A stretch of 32,000 nt of DNA from Wallemia ichthyophaga EXF-994 (Eukaryota > Fungi > Basidiomycota), in the NCBI RefSeq assembly GCF_000400465.1, contig NW_008806274.1:600244-632243 (forward strand), written 5' to 3'. Numbering within the stretch: position 1 is the stretch's first letter; each line of letters opens with the position of its first letter. The position numbers were made by a program, and so were the translations under genes. The notes under the pieces were generated by a model. That model saw only the letters and a program-made list of their open reading frames with translations, did no database searches and was not told where the DNA came from. Below are positions 31,860 to 32,000 of the stretch, piece after piece.

Positions 31860-32000
31860 CTAAGCGCCCGTTCCAACACCCATGTCTGGACTTGTGCGAC
31901 AGCTACTCAGGAATAACAGGAGAAATATAAATTTACGAGAATTCCACTCGACTCGTCGGCGATGTAGCGGGTGGAGTGAAAGTAAGGAGAACAAGGATGT
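31860..32000 (-). CDS. Possible 3' end of a gene running off the window (ILVLLTFTPPATSPTSRVEF|SPDMGVGTGA*)
   Basis: An open frame plus a GTAAAT...CAAG intron-like segment gives an in-frame stop at 31860-31862. No family is recognisable. Confidence 0.3.
   Translation of the reverse strand, partial: TSLFSLLSLHPLHRRRVEWNSRKFIFLLLFLSSCRTSPDMGVGTGA

Noticed and set aside
1-32000. Transposons, LTRs, horizontally acquired or secondary-metabolite genes
   Set aside because: Nearly all sequence is explained by conserved housekeeping genes with uniform intron style; no transposase, reverse transcriptase, terminal repeats or evident compositional break.

Overview
Gene-dense eukaryotic (fungal) DNA with about 23 protein-coding loci, one tRNA-Asn(GTT) gene, mostly 43-55 nt GT-AG introns and very short intergenic gaps. 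Protein features look basidiomycete and the compaction suggests a Wallemia-like genome (inference, no search run). Left to right: CWC21 (5' partial), Atf1-type bZIP, YVH1, FMN1, FES1, TIF6, TIM9, TRAPPC2L/TCA17, SLC1, ISA2, a two-RRM protein, MED8, SUP35, DNA2, NDUFA12, L2HGDH, NDUFB9, a divergent HSF-domain protein, a Ser-rich single-pass membrane protein, a class-3 aldehyde dehydrogenase, tRNA-Asn, an aldo-keto reductase, PRE8, SEC39 and a possible 3' gene fragment. Gene models were spliced by hand, and several (TRAPPC2L, NDUFA12, most of YVH1) are not visible in the ORF track. I found no mobile element, CRISPR array, defence system or biosynthetic cluster, and I cannot claim a proven new system. 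Best leads: (1) a 303-nt, apparently highly structured first intron of the ALDH gene, which also holds a telomere-template-like 12-mer; (2) TRAPPC2L and SLC1 arranged head-to-head with overlapping or abutting start codons; (3) a YVH1 that has lost four of its eight canonical zinc ligands; (4) an ATF4-like two-uORF leader and CRE sites on the Atf1 gene, plus a perfect CRE upstream of the aldo-keto reductase; (5) tandem genes separated by only 47-108 nt.
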